Origin: Candidatus Eiseniibacteriota bacterium
GTDB taxonomy: Bacteria > Eisenbacteria > RBG-16-71-46 > CAVPCR01
Assembly: GCA_963823555.1 (NCBI GenBank)
Contig: CAWGMA010000001.1
Location: forward strand, 416,001 to 480,000
Length of the DNA: 64,000 nt
Reading direction: 5' to 3'
A program made the position numbers and the translations under genes. How positions within the stretch are numbered: the first letter of the stretch is position 1; the number at the start of each line of letters is the position of its first letter. Positions 50,351-62,100 of this stretch are shown piece after piece. The notes beneath the pieces are model-generated. The model was not told the origin of the DNA. It worked only from the letters and a program-made list of their open reading frames with translations, and made no database searches.

Positions 50351-51866
50351 ATGTCGACCTCCGTTCCCGTGGTTGTGCCTGATCGAGTCGCGCCCACGCT
50401 TCCTCCCACCAATCTGACAGCGGAGACCCTGCACACGGAGTTCCTCCGCCAGGCCCGGGTCGCGAGCTGGAACACGTGGCGGCTCCTGGTCCTCATCCGG
50501 GAGATGGATGCCTGTGAGGGCTACGAGCACTTCGGGTGCACCACCCTCGCTCATTACCTCGAGCTCACGTGCGGCATCACCGGGGTCGCGGCCCGGGAGC
50601 GGATCCGGGTCGCGTTCGCCCTCGAGTCGTTGCCGGCGCTCGAGGCGGCCCTCAAGCGGGGCGAGCTCTCCTACTCCAAGGTGCGGGCGGTGACGCGGGT
50701 GGCGACGGCGGAGACCGAGGGGGAGTGGCTCCGTGCGGCGCGGGAGCGGACGGCGGAGGAGCTCGAGGTGATGGCGGCGCGGGCGACGCGGGGGGAGCCG
50801 GTGCGGAGGCGGCTCCTCACGAAGGCGGTCAACGCGCACACGACCCGGATGGTGGTGGATCTCCCGGCGGAGGAGATGATGGTGGTGATGCGGGCGCTGG
50901 AGCGGATCCGGCGTGAGGCTGGCGGGAGCCTCTCGGGGTCGGAGGCGCTCGTCTACCTGGCGGCGGACTCGCTCTCGGGGGAGGTGGGGGAGGTGAGGAC
51001 GGCGGAGCGCTACGAGGTCGTGGTGCACGTGGGCGAGGATGGTGGGAGCTGGGTCGAGACCGACGACGCGGCGGGGGAGGCGCCGTTACCGCGGGAGGTC
51101 GTCGAGCGGCTCCTCTGCGACTGCGCGCTTCGGGTGGTCAGGGAGGGGAAGGAGGGGCTCGCGGCGAGCCGTCGCACGCGCACGGTGCCCGAGGTGACGC
51201 GGCGCGCGGTGGCGCTCCGCGATGGGCATCGCTGCCGGGTCCCGGGCTGCCGGCGGCGGCTGTGGCTCGACCTCCATCATCTCGTGCCGGTGTGGGAGGG
51301 AGGGCGGCATGTGCGGTCGAACCTCGTCTACCTCTGCCGGTTCCACCATCAGCTGGTGCACGCGGGGCTCTTGCGCTGCGAGCGGCCAGGAGGGGGAACT
51401 CCGGTTCGTGGCGGTGCGCGGGGAGCGATGGGTGCTGGGAGAAGCCGGGGCGATGGGAGACGAGGAGTTCTGGGAGTGGCTCCGGGAGGCGGAGAGCGGG
51501 AGAGTGGCGCCGGAGGAGATGGAGACGATCGAGGCCGCCGCAGCCGCAGGCGGGGATCCGGAGGAGCTGCGCTCGACCTACTACCGCTCGCGCGACCGGC
51601 GGCCGTGGCAGGCGCACGAGCGGCGGGCGGCCTACCGTGTTTCCGCGGAGACTTCGGCCGGCCGCGCTCCAGCAGAAACACCTCAAGCATATGTTTCCGC
51701 GGAAACATCGCCGGCCCCGGAGCCGGAGTCCAGCTTCGACAGACCGGCGCGCACGTTTCATGCTACAATGTCCCTATCCCATTCCGCGTCTGTTGAAGGA
51801 GTCGACCTATGTTCTTGCACCGCACTGGACGCGCCCTGGCCGCACCTTCCGCAGCCGGCGGACTGA
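50351..51866 (+). CDS. DUF222-like + HNH endonuclease protein, apparent frameshift at ~51390
   Basis: ARERIRVA..L..LP.......GELSYSKVRAVTRVA, then RDG.RCRVPGC...LDLHH..W.EGG.H...NL..LC.FHH..VH. The C-terminal tail continues in the next frame. Confidence 0.8.
51639..51708. repeat. Three 27-nt-spaced GTTTCCGCGGAAAC-type palindromes
   Basis: GTTTCCGCGGAGAC (51639), degenerate GCTCCAGCAGAAAC (51666) and perfect ATGTTTCCGCGGAAACAT (51691-51708). Confidence 0.7.
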
Positions 51867-54800
51867 TCCTCCTCCTTGTTCTTCTGCACTCGCCGAGTGC
51901 CTTCGCGCAGCAGAACGCCATCGACTTCGATGGCGCCAATGACTACGTGACCTTCGGCAGCGCTCCCGGCCTGGGGGCTGCGACCTTCACCCTCGAATGC
52001 TGGTTCAAGCGGGAAGGCGCCGGGACGACGACCTCGACCGGAACCGGCGGCATCACGTCGGCCATCCCGCTTCTGACGAAGGGTCGCGGCGAGGCCGAGG
52101 GCTCCAACGTCGACATGAACTACTTCCTCGGACTCCGCTCGACAGACAACGTGCTGGCGGCGGACTTCGAGGAGGGAGCCGGCGGGGCGAGCCCTGGGCT
52201 CAACCACCCGGTGTTCGGTGTGACGACGATCCGGAACGACACGTGGTACCACGCTGCCGTGACCTATGACGGGACGACGTGGAACCTCTATCTCAACGGG
52301 CAGCTCGAGACGACGCTCGCTGTAGGACAGCCCCCACGCTCGGACTCGATCCAGCATGCGGGGCTCGCGACCGCGATGACGTCGACCGGAGCGGCGGCCG
52401 GCTTCTTCGCCGGCGTCATCGACGAGGCGCGGGTGTGGAACGTGGCGCGGACGCAGACCGAGATCCAGGCCGGCATGTTCTCGGAGGTGACCGCGGGGAC
52501 GGGCCTCATCGGACGCTGGGGTCTGAACGAGGGCAGCGGCACGACGGCCGGCAACTCGGTTCCGGGCGGTGTCAGCGGGACGCTCACCAACGGTCCGCTG
52601 TGGGTACCGGGGACGCCGTTCGCACTCGAGAACGCGCTGGCGCTGGGCTCGGGGAGCGCGTACGTGACATTCGGTAACCAACCCACGCTCGGGCTTTCCC
52701 AGTTCACGTTGGAATGCTGGTTGAAGCGGGACGGAGCCGGGGCCACCGTTTCGACCGGGACCGGTGGTGTGGTAGCGATCCCGCTCATCACCAAGGGGCG
52801 GGGCGAGGCGGACGGCGACAACCGGGATATGAACTATTTCTTCGGGATCGACGGCACGAGCGCCGTGCTGGTCGCGGATTTCGAGGAGGGGGCCGGGGGG
52901 GCGAGCCCGGGGCTCAACCATCCGATCTCGGGCGCGACGCCAATCCTCAACGGGCAGTGGTACCACGCGGCAGTGACGTATGACGGGACGACCTGGCGCC
53001 TCTATCTCAACGGGAGCCTCGATGGGTCACTGGCCGTGGGCCAGCCCCCGCGTTCGGACTCGATCCAGCACTCGGGACTCGGCACGGCGCTCAACTCGAC
53101 GGGTGTCGCCTCCGGACACCTCGACGGCACGCTCGACGAGGTGCGGATCTGGAACTTCGCGCGCAGCGAGAGCGAGATCCAGGCCGATATCAATGCCCAG
53201 ATCACGACGGCGCAAACGGGACTCGTGGCGCGCTGGGGGCTGGATGAGGGTGCGGGGACGGCGATCCACGGGTCAGCCGGGACGGCGGTGACGGGGACGA
53301 TCACGGGTAGCGGCTGGTCGTGGGCGGCGAGTGCGCCCTTCGACATCATCGTCAATCCGACGCCGCCGGATCCGCCGACCAATCTCACGGCGACCGCGCT
53401 GAGCTGGGCCCAGGTCGATCTCCAGTGGAGCGACAACTCGACGGACGAGCAGAGCTTCGAGATCGAGCGCTCGACGACGGGTGCGGGGGGCCCGTTCACG
53501 CTCCTGGCGACCGTGCCGGCGAACACGACGACATACAGCGACGCCGATCTGGATCCCGTGACCGAGTATTGCTACCAGGTGCGAGCGGTGAACAGCGGGG
53601 GGCCGTCCGCGTACACGAACGTGGACTGCGCGACGACGCCGGCGGAGGGGGATTTTGCGCTCGACTTCGGAGCCGGGACCGCCCACGTGGCGTTCGGGCC
53701 GGCGCTGCCCACCCTCGGGCTGTCGCAGTTCACGCTCGAGTGCTGGTTCCGCCGGGATGGGACCGGTTCGACGGCGAACACGGGCACGGGCGGGTTCCTC
53801 GGGGTGCCGCTGGTGACGAAGGGTGTGGGGGAGGCCGAGGCGTCCAACGTCGACATGAACTACTTCCTCGGCATCAAGTCGCCGGAGAACGTGCTGGCGG
53901 CCGACTTCGAGGAAGGTGCGAGCGGAACGAGTCCGGGGCACAACCATCCCGTGATCGGCATGACCGTGATCACCTCGGGCGTCTGGTACCACGCCGCGGC
54001 GACCTACGACGGCACGACGTGGCGGCTCTACGTGAACGGGAACCTGGATGCGGAGGTCGCGGTGGGCGAGCCGCCGCGCTCGGACACGATCCAGCACGCG
54101 GGGCTTGGAGTGGCACTCAACTCGACGGGGGTGCCCTCCGGCCACTTCGACGGAGTGCTCGATGAGGTGCGGATCTGGAACGAGGCGCGCACCGAGCCCG
54201 AGATCGAGGCCACGCGCCACGTCGAGATCACCACCCCACAGACCGGCCTCGTCGCCCGCTGGGGGCTGAACGAGGGCGCGGGCCTCCTCGTGCACGGCTC
54301 GGCCGGAACCACGGTCAACGGGTCGATCGTGGGCACGGGCTCGAGCTGGACCGACGGCGCGCCGATCGGCGTCACGACGCCGCCGGCGGCGCCGACCGAT
54401 CTCGTCGCGACGGCGGCCGGCGGGTTCCAGATCGATCTTGCCTGGGTCGACAACGCGACCGACGAGGGCAACTTCGAGATCGAGCGCTCGACCACCGGCG
54501 CCGGCGGGCCGTTCGCGCCGCTGGCGACGGTGCCGGCGAACACGACGACCTACATCGACACCGATCTCGATCCGGAGACCGAGTACTGCTACCGGGTGCG
54601 GGCGGTGAACGTCGCCGGGGCCTCGGACTACTCGAACGTGGATTGCGCGACGACCACCGGCGAGGGCGACTTCGCTCTCGACTTCGGGGGCACGGATGCC
54701 TATGTGACGTTCGGTCCGGCGCTGCCCGACCTCGGCCTCGCCACGTTCACGCTCGAGTGCTGGTTCCGGCGCGACGGTGCTGGCGTCTCCACGACGACCG

Positions 54801-56896
54801 GATCGGGCGGTGTCGATGCCGTGCCGCTCGTCACCAAGGGCCGCGGCGAACAGGATGGCTCGAACGTCGACATGAACTACTTCCTGGGCATCCGCGCCTC
54901 GGACGGGGTCCTCGCCGCCGACTTCGAGGACGCGGCCACGGGCGGCAACCACCCGATCGTGGGAGCGACGCCGGTCACCTCCGACGTCTGGCACCACGCA
55001 GCGGCCACCTATGACGGGACGACGTGGCGGCTCTACCTCGACGGCAGCCTCGATGCGGAGCTCGCGGTCGGCGAGACGCCGCGCTCCGACTCGATCCAGC
55101 ATGCGGCTCTCGCCAGTGCGCTCACCTCGACCGGGGTGGCGGCCGGGTACTTCGACGGCGTCCTCGACGAGGCGCGGATCTGGAACACGGCGCGAACGCT
55201 GACCGAGATCCAGGCCGACCCTCAACATCGAGATCACGACCGCCCAGCCCGGCCTCGTCGCCCGCTGGGGACTGAACGAGGGCATGGGCACGGTGGTTCA
55301 CGGCGGGGCCGGGACGACCGTGGATGGCGCGATCCTGGGCTCCACCTGGTCGTGGACCGCGGGTGCTCCGTTCGAGATCAACCTGCCTCCCGATCTCCCC
55401 GTGCTCGTGTCCCCGCTGGATGGTGGCACGGGTGTGCCGACCTCGCCCACGCTCGAGGTGACGGTCTCCGATCCGGAGACGGCGACGAACCTGACCGTCG
55501 AATTTCTACGGTCGTCCACGAACGACCAGCACGGCGCCCGACTTCACGCTCGTGCGGCTGCCCGACACGCAGTACTACACGTCGGAGCAGAACGGCGGGT
55601 CGACCGCCATGCTACCAGGCGCAGACCCAGTGGATCGTGGACAACCGGGAGTCCCGCAACATCGTTTATGTCGCACCAGCTCGGCGACTGCGTCGAGCGT
55701 GGCGACAATGACGGAGATCCGATCGAGTGGCAGCGGGCCGAATCGTCGCTGACCCTCCTCGAGAACCCGGTGACGACGCTGCTCGCCGAGGGCATTCCCT
55801 ATCGGCGATCGCGGTGGGCAACCACGACCAGTCGCCGAACGGCGATGCCGACGGGACGACGACCTTCTACAACCAGTACTTCGGCGATTCTCGCTTCGCG
55901 GGCCGCGCCTACTACGGCGGCCACTACGGAGCGAACAACGACAATCACTTCGATGCTCTTCAGCGCCAGCGGGATGGACTTCATCTGGTCATCCTGGAGT
56001 ACGACCGACGCCGGATGCAGGCCGGTGCTCGACTGGGCGGAGGGGCTGCTGGCCACCCATGCGACGCGCCACGGCGATCGTGGTCAGCCACTACCTCATG
56101 AACACCGGGACGCAGGCGTCCTTCGCCGCCAGGGACAGCGTGACTACGACGCGCTGCAAGGACCACCCGAACCTCTTCCTGATGTCTGCGGGCACGTGTC
56201 GGGCGAGGGTCGGCGCATCGACATCTTCGCGGGAGCACCGTGTACACGCTGCTTGCCGACTACCAGAGTCGGACGAACGGCGGAAACGGCTGGCTGCGGA
56301 TCCTCGAGTTCTCGCCGGCGAACAACGAGATGGCGGTCAAGACCTACTCGCCGACGCTCGACCAGTTCGAGACCGACGGCGACTCCCAGTTCATCCTTCC
56401 GGTCGACTTCACGCCGGCGGCGAACTGGGAGCTGATCGGGACCCAGGTCGTGGGCTCGGGGCAGAACGCATCCGTCGTCTGGCCCGATCGCGAGGTCCTC
56501 ACCGAGTACGAGTGGTACGTGACGGTCTCGGATGGCGTGCAGACGCGGACCGGACCGGTGTGGTCCTTCACGACCGGGGAGACGGCGGGGATCGACGTCG
56601 CTGGAGCTCCGCTTCCGACCCGGCTCGAGCTCCTGCCGGCGCGGCCCAATCCATTCAATCCCTCGACGACGATCCACTTCCGGCTGCCGGTAGCGGGAGA
56701 CGTCGAGGTCGGGGTCTACGACGTGAGCGGCCAGCTCGTGCGGAACCTCGTGGCGGAGCGGTTGCCTGCCGGGGAGCACGCGGTCGCGTGGGATGGACGG
56801 AGCGGGCGCGGCAAGGCGGTCGGCTCGGGCGTTTATCTCGTCCGGCTCCGAGTCGGCGCGCGCGAGCTCACGCAGAAGGTGCAGCTCATCAAGTAG
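51809..56896 (+). CDS. Giant secreted protein: 4 LamG + 2 Fn3 + metallophosphoesterase + FlgD-Ig CTD; several apparent frameshifts 55220-56240
   Basis: Signal peptide and repeats FTLECWF...WYHAAVTYDG..W.LY.NG...DEVRIWN. Then LPDTQYY, LGDCV, GNHD, SHYL and GHV motifs, ending ARPNPFNP...VYDVSGQLVR...GVYLVRL. Extended -10 TGcTACAAT at 51761-51769. Confidence 0.82.
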
Positions 56897-56919
56897 CGGT
56901 TTCGATAGGGATCGAAGGG

Positions 56920-56954
56920 AGGACCCGGCGGGGCGATGGCCCGCCGGGTCCTTT
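56920..56954 (+). terminator. Rho-independent terminator
   Basis: AGGACCCGGCGGG-GCGATGG-CCCGCCGGGTCCT then TT. Confidence 0.7.
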
Positions 56955-57048
56955 CGCATGGATCGGCGGCCCATCCACCGGCGCAACCCGCTGGGGCTGG
57001 GCTCCGTCCTCCAGAACAGCTTCTGCCCCTGCGGGAAGGGAGGAATCC

Positions 57049-58266
57049 ATGCGGTTGCCGACCCTCGTCGTCGCGGTGGGACTGGCCGCGGCATCCCTTC
57101 TGACGGCGCGGTCCGGCCGGTGCGGCGAACCGCTCGATTGCGCCATCTTCGGGGCTGTCAGGTCCCTGACGCTCGAGTCGGCGACGCTCGGCCAGACGCG
57201 GGAGGTGTGGGTCGGGCTCCCCGACGACTACGAGACCTCCGGCGGGCGCTATCCAGTCCTCTACGTGCTCGACGCCAAGTGGCACTTCCTGCCTGCTCTC
57301 GCTGCCGTGCGGGCTCTGGCGGAAACCTCCTACATCGGGAGTCACCGCATTCCTCGTCTCATCGTCGTCGGTGTCGTGTCCCGTGACCGCAACGAAGAAG
57401 ACACACCGACCCGGTGTCCATCCCAGCATGGCATGACCTTCCCGACCAGCGGCGGTGCCGATCGGTTCCTCGAATTCCTCGGTGATGAGCTCATTCCGCT
57501 CGTCGACGCGCGCTTCCGGACAGAGCCCCACCGGATGCTCGCCGGGTGGTCGCTGGGTGGATTGCTCACGATGCACGCGCTGTTCGAGCGACCCGAGCTC
57601 TTCGGCGGGCACCTGGCGATCAGTCCCTCCCTGTGGTGGGACCACCGGCTCCTGGTGGAGCGCGGCACGGAGCTGGCCACCGGTGAAGGAGCACGGGAGC
57701 GAGATCTCGTCCTCACCATTGGCACCGGGGAAGAGGGCGGGCTCTGCTATGAGGCGGTGCACGAGCTGGTGCGGCGGTGGGACCAGGAGCCAGTCGCCGG
57801 TCTCGAGTTTTCCTTCGTGGAGATTCCAGGGGAGGATCACAACCACGCGCCGTTCAAGGCCTACATCGATGGGCTACGTGCTCTCTTCGCCGACTGGTTC
57901 CTTCCGGAGGAGGCCTTCGGGGCGGGGCTCGGCGGGCTGCAGGCCCACTACGCTGCACTCTCCGCCCGGTGGGGCTACCGTATCGACGTGCCGGACCACA
58001 TCTATACCGCCCTCGCGCGAAGCCTCCTGGCCGAAGGCCGTGGTCCCGATGCCATTGCCGTGGTGCGAGCCCAGTGTGAGGCCCAACCCGACTCGCCCAT
58101 CCATCACTTCCAGCTCGGGGAGGTCTGCCGCCAGGCCGAGGACTCCGCAGGCGCCCGCCAGGCCTACGAGAAGGCGCTCGCGCTCGAGCATGCCAGGAGC
58201 GCCCCCGACACGGTGTTCATCAACTGGGTCGAAGGCGTCCTCTCTGAACTCGGGGATGATGGATGA
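57049..58266 (+). CDS. Secreted alpha/beta-hydrolase esterase (IroE-like) with C-terminal TPR
   Basis: LPDDY....RYPVLYVLD, GGADRFLEFL.DELIP, GWSLGG nucleophile, SPSLWW and EDH. Confidence 0.85.
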   Translation: MRLPTLVVAVGLAAASLLTARSGRCGEPLDCAIFGAVRSLTLESATLGQTREVWVGLPDDYETSGGRYPVLYVLDAKWHFLPALAAVRALAETSYIGSHRIPRLIVVGVVSRDRNEEDTPTRCPSQHGMTFPTSGGADRFLEFLGDELIPLVDARFRTEPHRMLAGWSLGGLLTMHALFERPELFGGHLAISPSLWWDHRLLVERGTELATGEGARERDLVLTIGTGEEGGLCYEAVHELVRRWDQEPVAGLEFSFVEIPGEDHNHAPFKAYIDGLRALFADWFLPEEAFGAGLGGLQAHYAALSARWGYRIDVPDHIYTALARSLLAEGRGPDAIAVVRAQCEAQPDSPIHHFQLGEVCRQAEDSAGARQAYEKALALEHARSAPDTVFINWVEGVLSELGDDG

Positions 58267-58339
58267 AACAGGGATGGCCCACCCATGCCGCCGTCGCCGT
58301 GTTCGTGTCGTGGCCGCACACCCCACGCACTGGCAGTTC

Positions 58340-58579
58340 TCCTTCACGCGCACCGTGCCTCCGCAAGGGAGATCGGATCTGTTCATCAGCTTCCGGCGGG
58401 GCGATGGGGGGTAAGGCGAGGCCATGCGCCTGGGAAACGGCATCAACTCCGAGCACAATGAGGTGAGCCCGGTGGTCACTGCCGATGGACGTTACTTGTT
58501 CTTCCTTCGGGCGAGCCAGGACATGAATGACGTGTGCTGGGTCAGTGCGGAGATCATCGAGCTGGTGCGGCAACGCTGA
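58340..58579 (+). pseudogene. Remnant of PD40/WD40-like beta-propeller gene (C-terminal fragment, TAA at a Trp position)
   Basis: GRSDLFISFRRGDGG*GEAMRLGNGINSEHNEVSPVVTADGRYLFF...DVCWVSAEIIE; stop at 58412-58414. Confidence 0.6.
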
Positions 58580-58692
58580 GACGCTGTCCTGGGGTCCGAT
58601 GGTGCGCTGAATGCTCCTTGTCGCACCGGGCGCTCTCGCCTAGACTTTGGCAATCTCCGTACCGCATACCCCCCATTCCCGGAGGAAGAGAC

Positions 58693-59070
58693 ATGGATAG
58701 CATCTCCTACAAGGGCGATCTCACCTGCTCGCTCAGCGTCAAGGACCTGGAGCGTGCGATCAAGTGGTACCACGAGCGTATGGGGTTCGAGGTCATCTAC
58801 AAGCTCGATGACATGGGGTGGTGCGAGCTCAGGACGCCGATCGAGACCGTGACCGTTGGCCTTTCCCAGACCGCTGAGCCCATCGTGCCCGGCGGCGCGA
58901 CCCTGGTCTGGGGCGTCAAGGACATCGCTGCGGCACGGTCCTTTCTCGAGGCGAAGGGCGTTCGCTTCCTGGGCGACACGGTGACGATCGAGGGCATGGT
59001 CAAGCTCGCCACGTTCCAGGATCCGGACGGGAACCGGATCATGTTCTCGCAGAACCTCCAGACCGGGTAG
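58693..59070 (+). CDS. VOC/glyoxalase family protein
   Basis: VKDLERAIKWY...GF, VKDI......L...GV and FQDPDGN motifs. RBS GGAGG. Confidence 0.9.
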   Translation: MDSISYKGDLTCSLSVKDLERAIKWYHERMGFEVIYKLDDMGWCELRTPIETVTVGLSQTAEPIVPGGATLVWGVKDIAAARSFLEAKGVRFLGDTVTIEGMVKLATFQDPDGNRIMFSQNLQTG

Positions 59071-59170
59071 GGCACGGGCGGCGGCGGCTCATGGCGGGGG
59101 CTTCTCCCGCGGGACTCCGGTGGGTTCCGTGGTGGTATAATCACCGGAGTCCCGTTGGAGGAACTCAACG

Positions 59171-62100
59171 ATGCAGTCGCCGCAGCTCGTCGTCCGCTCG
59201 GCTCATGACGGCCGCCTTTCCCACCGTTCTTCGTCGCTCCGCCACCGCTTCCCAGGACAAACACGATCCAGAGCCGGCGTTGCGCTCGCCGCGACGTTGC
59301 TGCTGGTCACGGCAGGACCAGCGCTGGCGCAGACGGGGTTGCAATTCAATGGGTCCAACCAGTACGTGACGTTCGGAGCGGCGCCGAGTCTCGGTGCGTC
59401 GACGTTCACGCTCGAGTGCTGGTTCTACCGGACCGGCGCGGGAGTGGTCGCCTCGACCGGGAGCGGGGGTGTCTCCGCTGTGCCGCTGCTCACCAAAGGT
59501 CGCGGCGAGGCGGATGGCGACAATCGCGACTGCAACTACTTCCTGGGAATTCGCGGATCGGACAACGTCTTGTGTGCCGATTTCGAGGACACGGCCACGG
59601 GTGGCAATCACCCGGTAGCCGGGATCACTGCGATCCAGAACAACACCTGGTATCACGCCGCGGTGACCTATGATGGAACGACATGGCAGGTGTTCCTGAA
59701 CGGCCAGCTCGAGACCATGCTGGCGGCCAACGCCACGCCACGTTTCGACTCGATCCAGCATGCGGGGATTGCGACCGCGATGACGTCGACCGGAGCCCCG
59801 GCCGGGTACTTTGCCGGCGTCATCGACGAGGCACGCATCTGGAATGTCGCACGCACACAGACCGCGATCCAGGCCGACATGTTCTCGGAGCTGATAGCCG
59901 GAACGGGGCTCACCGGTCGCTGGGGCCTGAACGAGGGCAGCGGGACCACGGCCGGCAACTCGGTTCCGGGTGGTGTCAGCGGGACGCTCACCAACGGGCC
60001 GCTGTGGGTCGCGGGCATCTTGCCGCCCAGCGCGCTGCAGCTCGGCGTCTCGAACGCCTATGTGACATTCGGCAACGCCGCCGCGCTCGGACTTCCCCAG
60101 TTCACGCTCGAGTGCTGGTTCAAGCGCAACGGGGCCGGCGTGACGACCACGACGGGCAGCGGTGGCATTGACTCAGCCATCCCGCTTGTGACCAAGGGCC
60201 GGGGCGAGGGCGATGGTTCGAATGTCGACATGAACTACTTCTTCGGCATCGACAACACGACGGGCACCCTCGCCGCCGATTTCGAGGAGGGGGCAGCCGG
60301 GTCGAGCCCGGGTCTCAACCATCCGATCCTCGGTGTGACGCCGGTCACGAGCGGGGTCTGGCACCATGCCGCTGCGACGTACGACGGGACGATGTGGCGC
60401 CTCTATCTCGACGGCATCCTGGACGCCGAGCTCGTGGTCGGGCAGCCCCCCCGTTCGGACTCCATCCAGCATTCCGCGCTCGGGAGCGCTCTGACCTCGA
60501 CCGGGGCGCCGGATGGCTACTTCAACGGTACCCTGGATGAGGTTCGGATCTGGAATTACGCGCGAACCGGGATTCAGATCCAGGCCGACATCAACGTGGA
60601 GATGACGACGCCAGAAAGCGGTCTCGTCGAGCGCTGGGGTCTCGATGAAGTGACCGGGTCGTCGGTTCCGGGTACGGTCGTTCCCATCGCCGGGACCATC
60701 ACCGGGTCCGGTTGGCGCTGGGCGGCGAGCGCGCCGTTCAACCTGAGCTTCACGCCTCCCGCTGCACCGACGAGCCTCACGGCGACGGCGCCGACCTGGG
60801 CGCAGGTGGATCTCCAGTGGACCGACAACTCGACCGACGAGGCGAACTTCGAGATCGAGCGCTCGACGACCGGCGCCGGAGGACCGTTCACGCTGCTGGC
60901 GACGGTGCCCGCGAACACGACCACCTACAGCGATCCCGCCGTCGACCCCGGGATCGAATACTGCTACCAGGTCCGGGCGGTCAGCGGGGCGGGGGCCTCG
61001 GCCTACACGAACGTGGACTGCGCGACCACACCGGCGGAGGGGGATTACGCACTCGATCTGGGAACGGGGTCCGCCTACGTAACGTTCGGGTCGGCGCTCC
61101 CAACGCTGGGACTGCCGCAGTTCACGATCGAGTGCTGGTTCCGTCAGGATGGCGCGGGAACGACGGCCAATACGGGCGGCGGCGGGTTCTCTGCGGTGCC
61201 GCTCGTGACGAAGGGTGTGGGGGAGGCCGAGGGATCCAACGTCGACATGAACTACTTCCTCGGCATTCACGGTACAACCGGCACGCTGGCGGCCGATTTC
61301 GAGGAGGGACCGGGAGGCGCAGGCCCCCTCGGGCAGAATCATCCGGTGATCGGGACCACCATGATCGCTACGGGGATGTGGTATCACGCGGCGGCGACCT
61401 ACGATGGCACGACCTGGCGGCTCTACCTGAACGGTCACCTGGATGCCGAGGTCGCGGTCGGCCAGCCCCCCCGCTCGGACTCGATCCAGCATGCGGCGCT
61501 GGGTGCGGCGCTCAACTCGACGGGAGCCGCCTCCGGCCACTTCGACGGCGTTCTCGATGAAGTGCGGATCTGGAACGCGGCGCGCACCGAGGCCGAGATC
61601 CAGGCCGACATCAATGCGCAGATCTCGACTGCGCAGGCCGGTCTTGTCGCCCGCTGGGGGTTGAACGAAGGCGCGGGCACGGTCGTTCATGCCAACGCCG
61701 GAACGACCGTCAACGGCACGATTCTCAGCTCGGGCTCATCCTGGCTCACTCCGGGCGCGCCCTTCGACATCTCCTTCGACCCCCCGGATGCCCCGCCCAG
61801 CAACCTCGTGGCCACAGCGGTTGCGCCGGATGAGATCGATCTCACCTGGACCGACGGCTCGACCAACGAGTCGGGCTTCGAGATCGAGCGCTCCACCGAC
61901 GGCGGCAGCACTTTCGCCCTCCTCACGTTGGTTCCTGCCAACACGGAGAGCTACGCCGATCCAGGCCTGAGTCCGCTTACCGAGTACTGCTACCAGGTGC
62001 GGGCGGTCAATGCCAACGGGGCCTCCTCCTACACGAACCAGGATTGCGCCACGACGCCCGATGCCGACTTCGCGCTCGATCTGGGGACGGGTTCCGCCTA

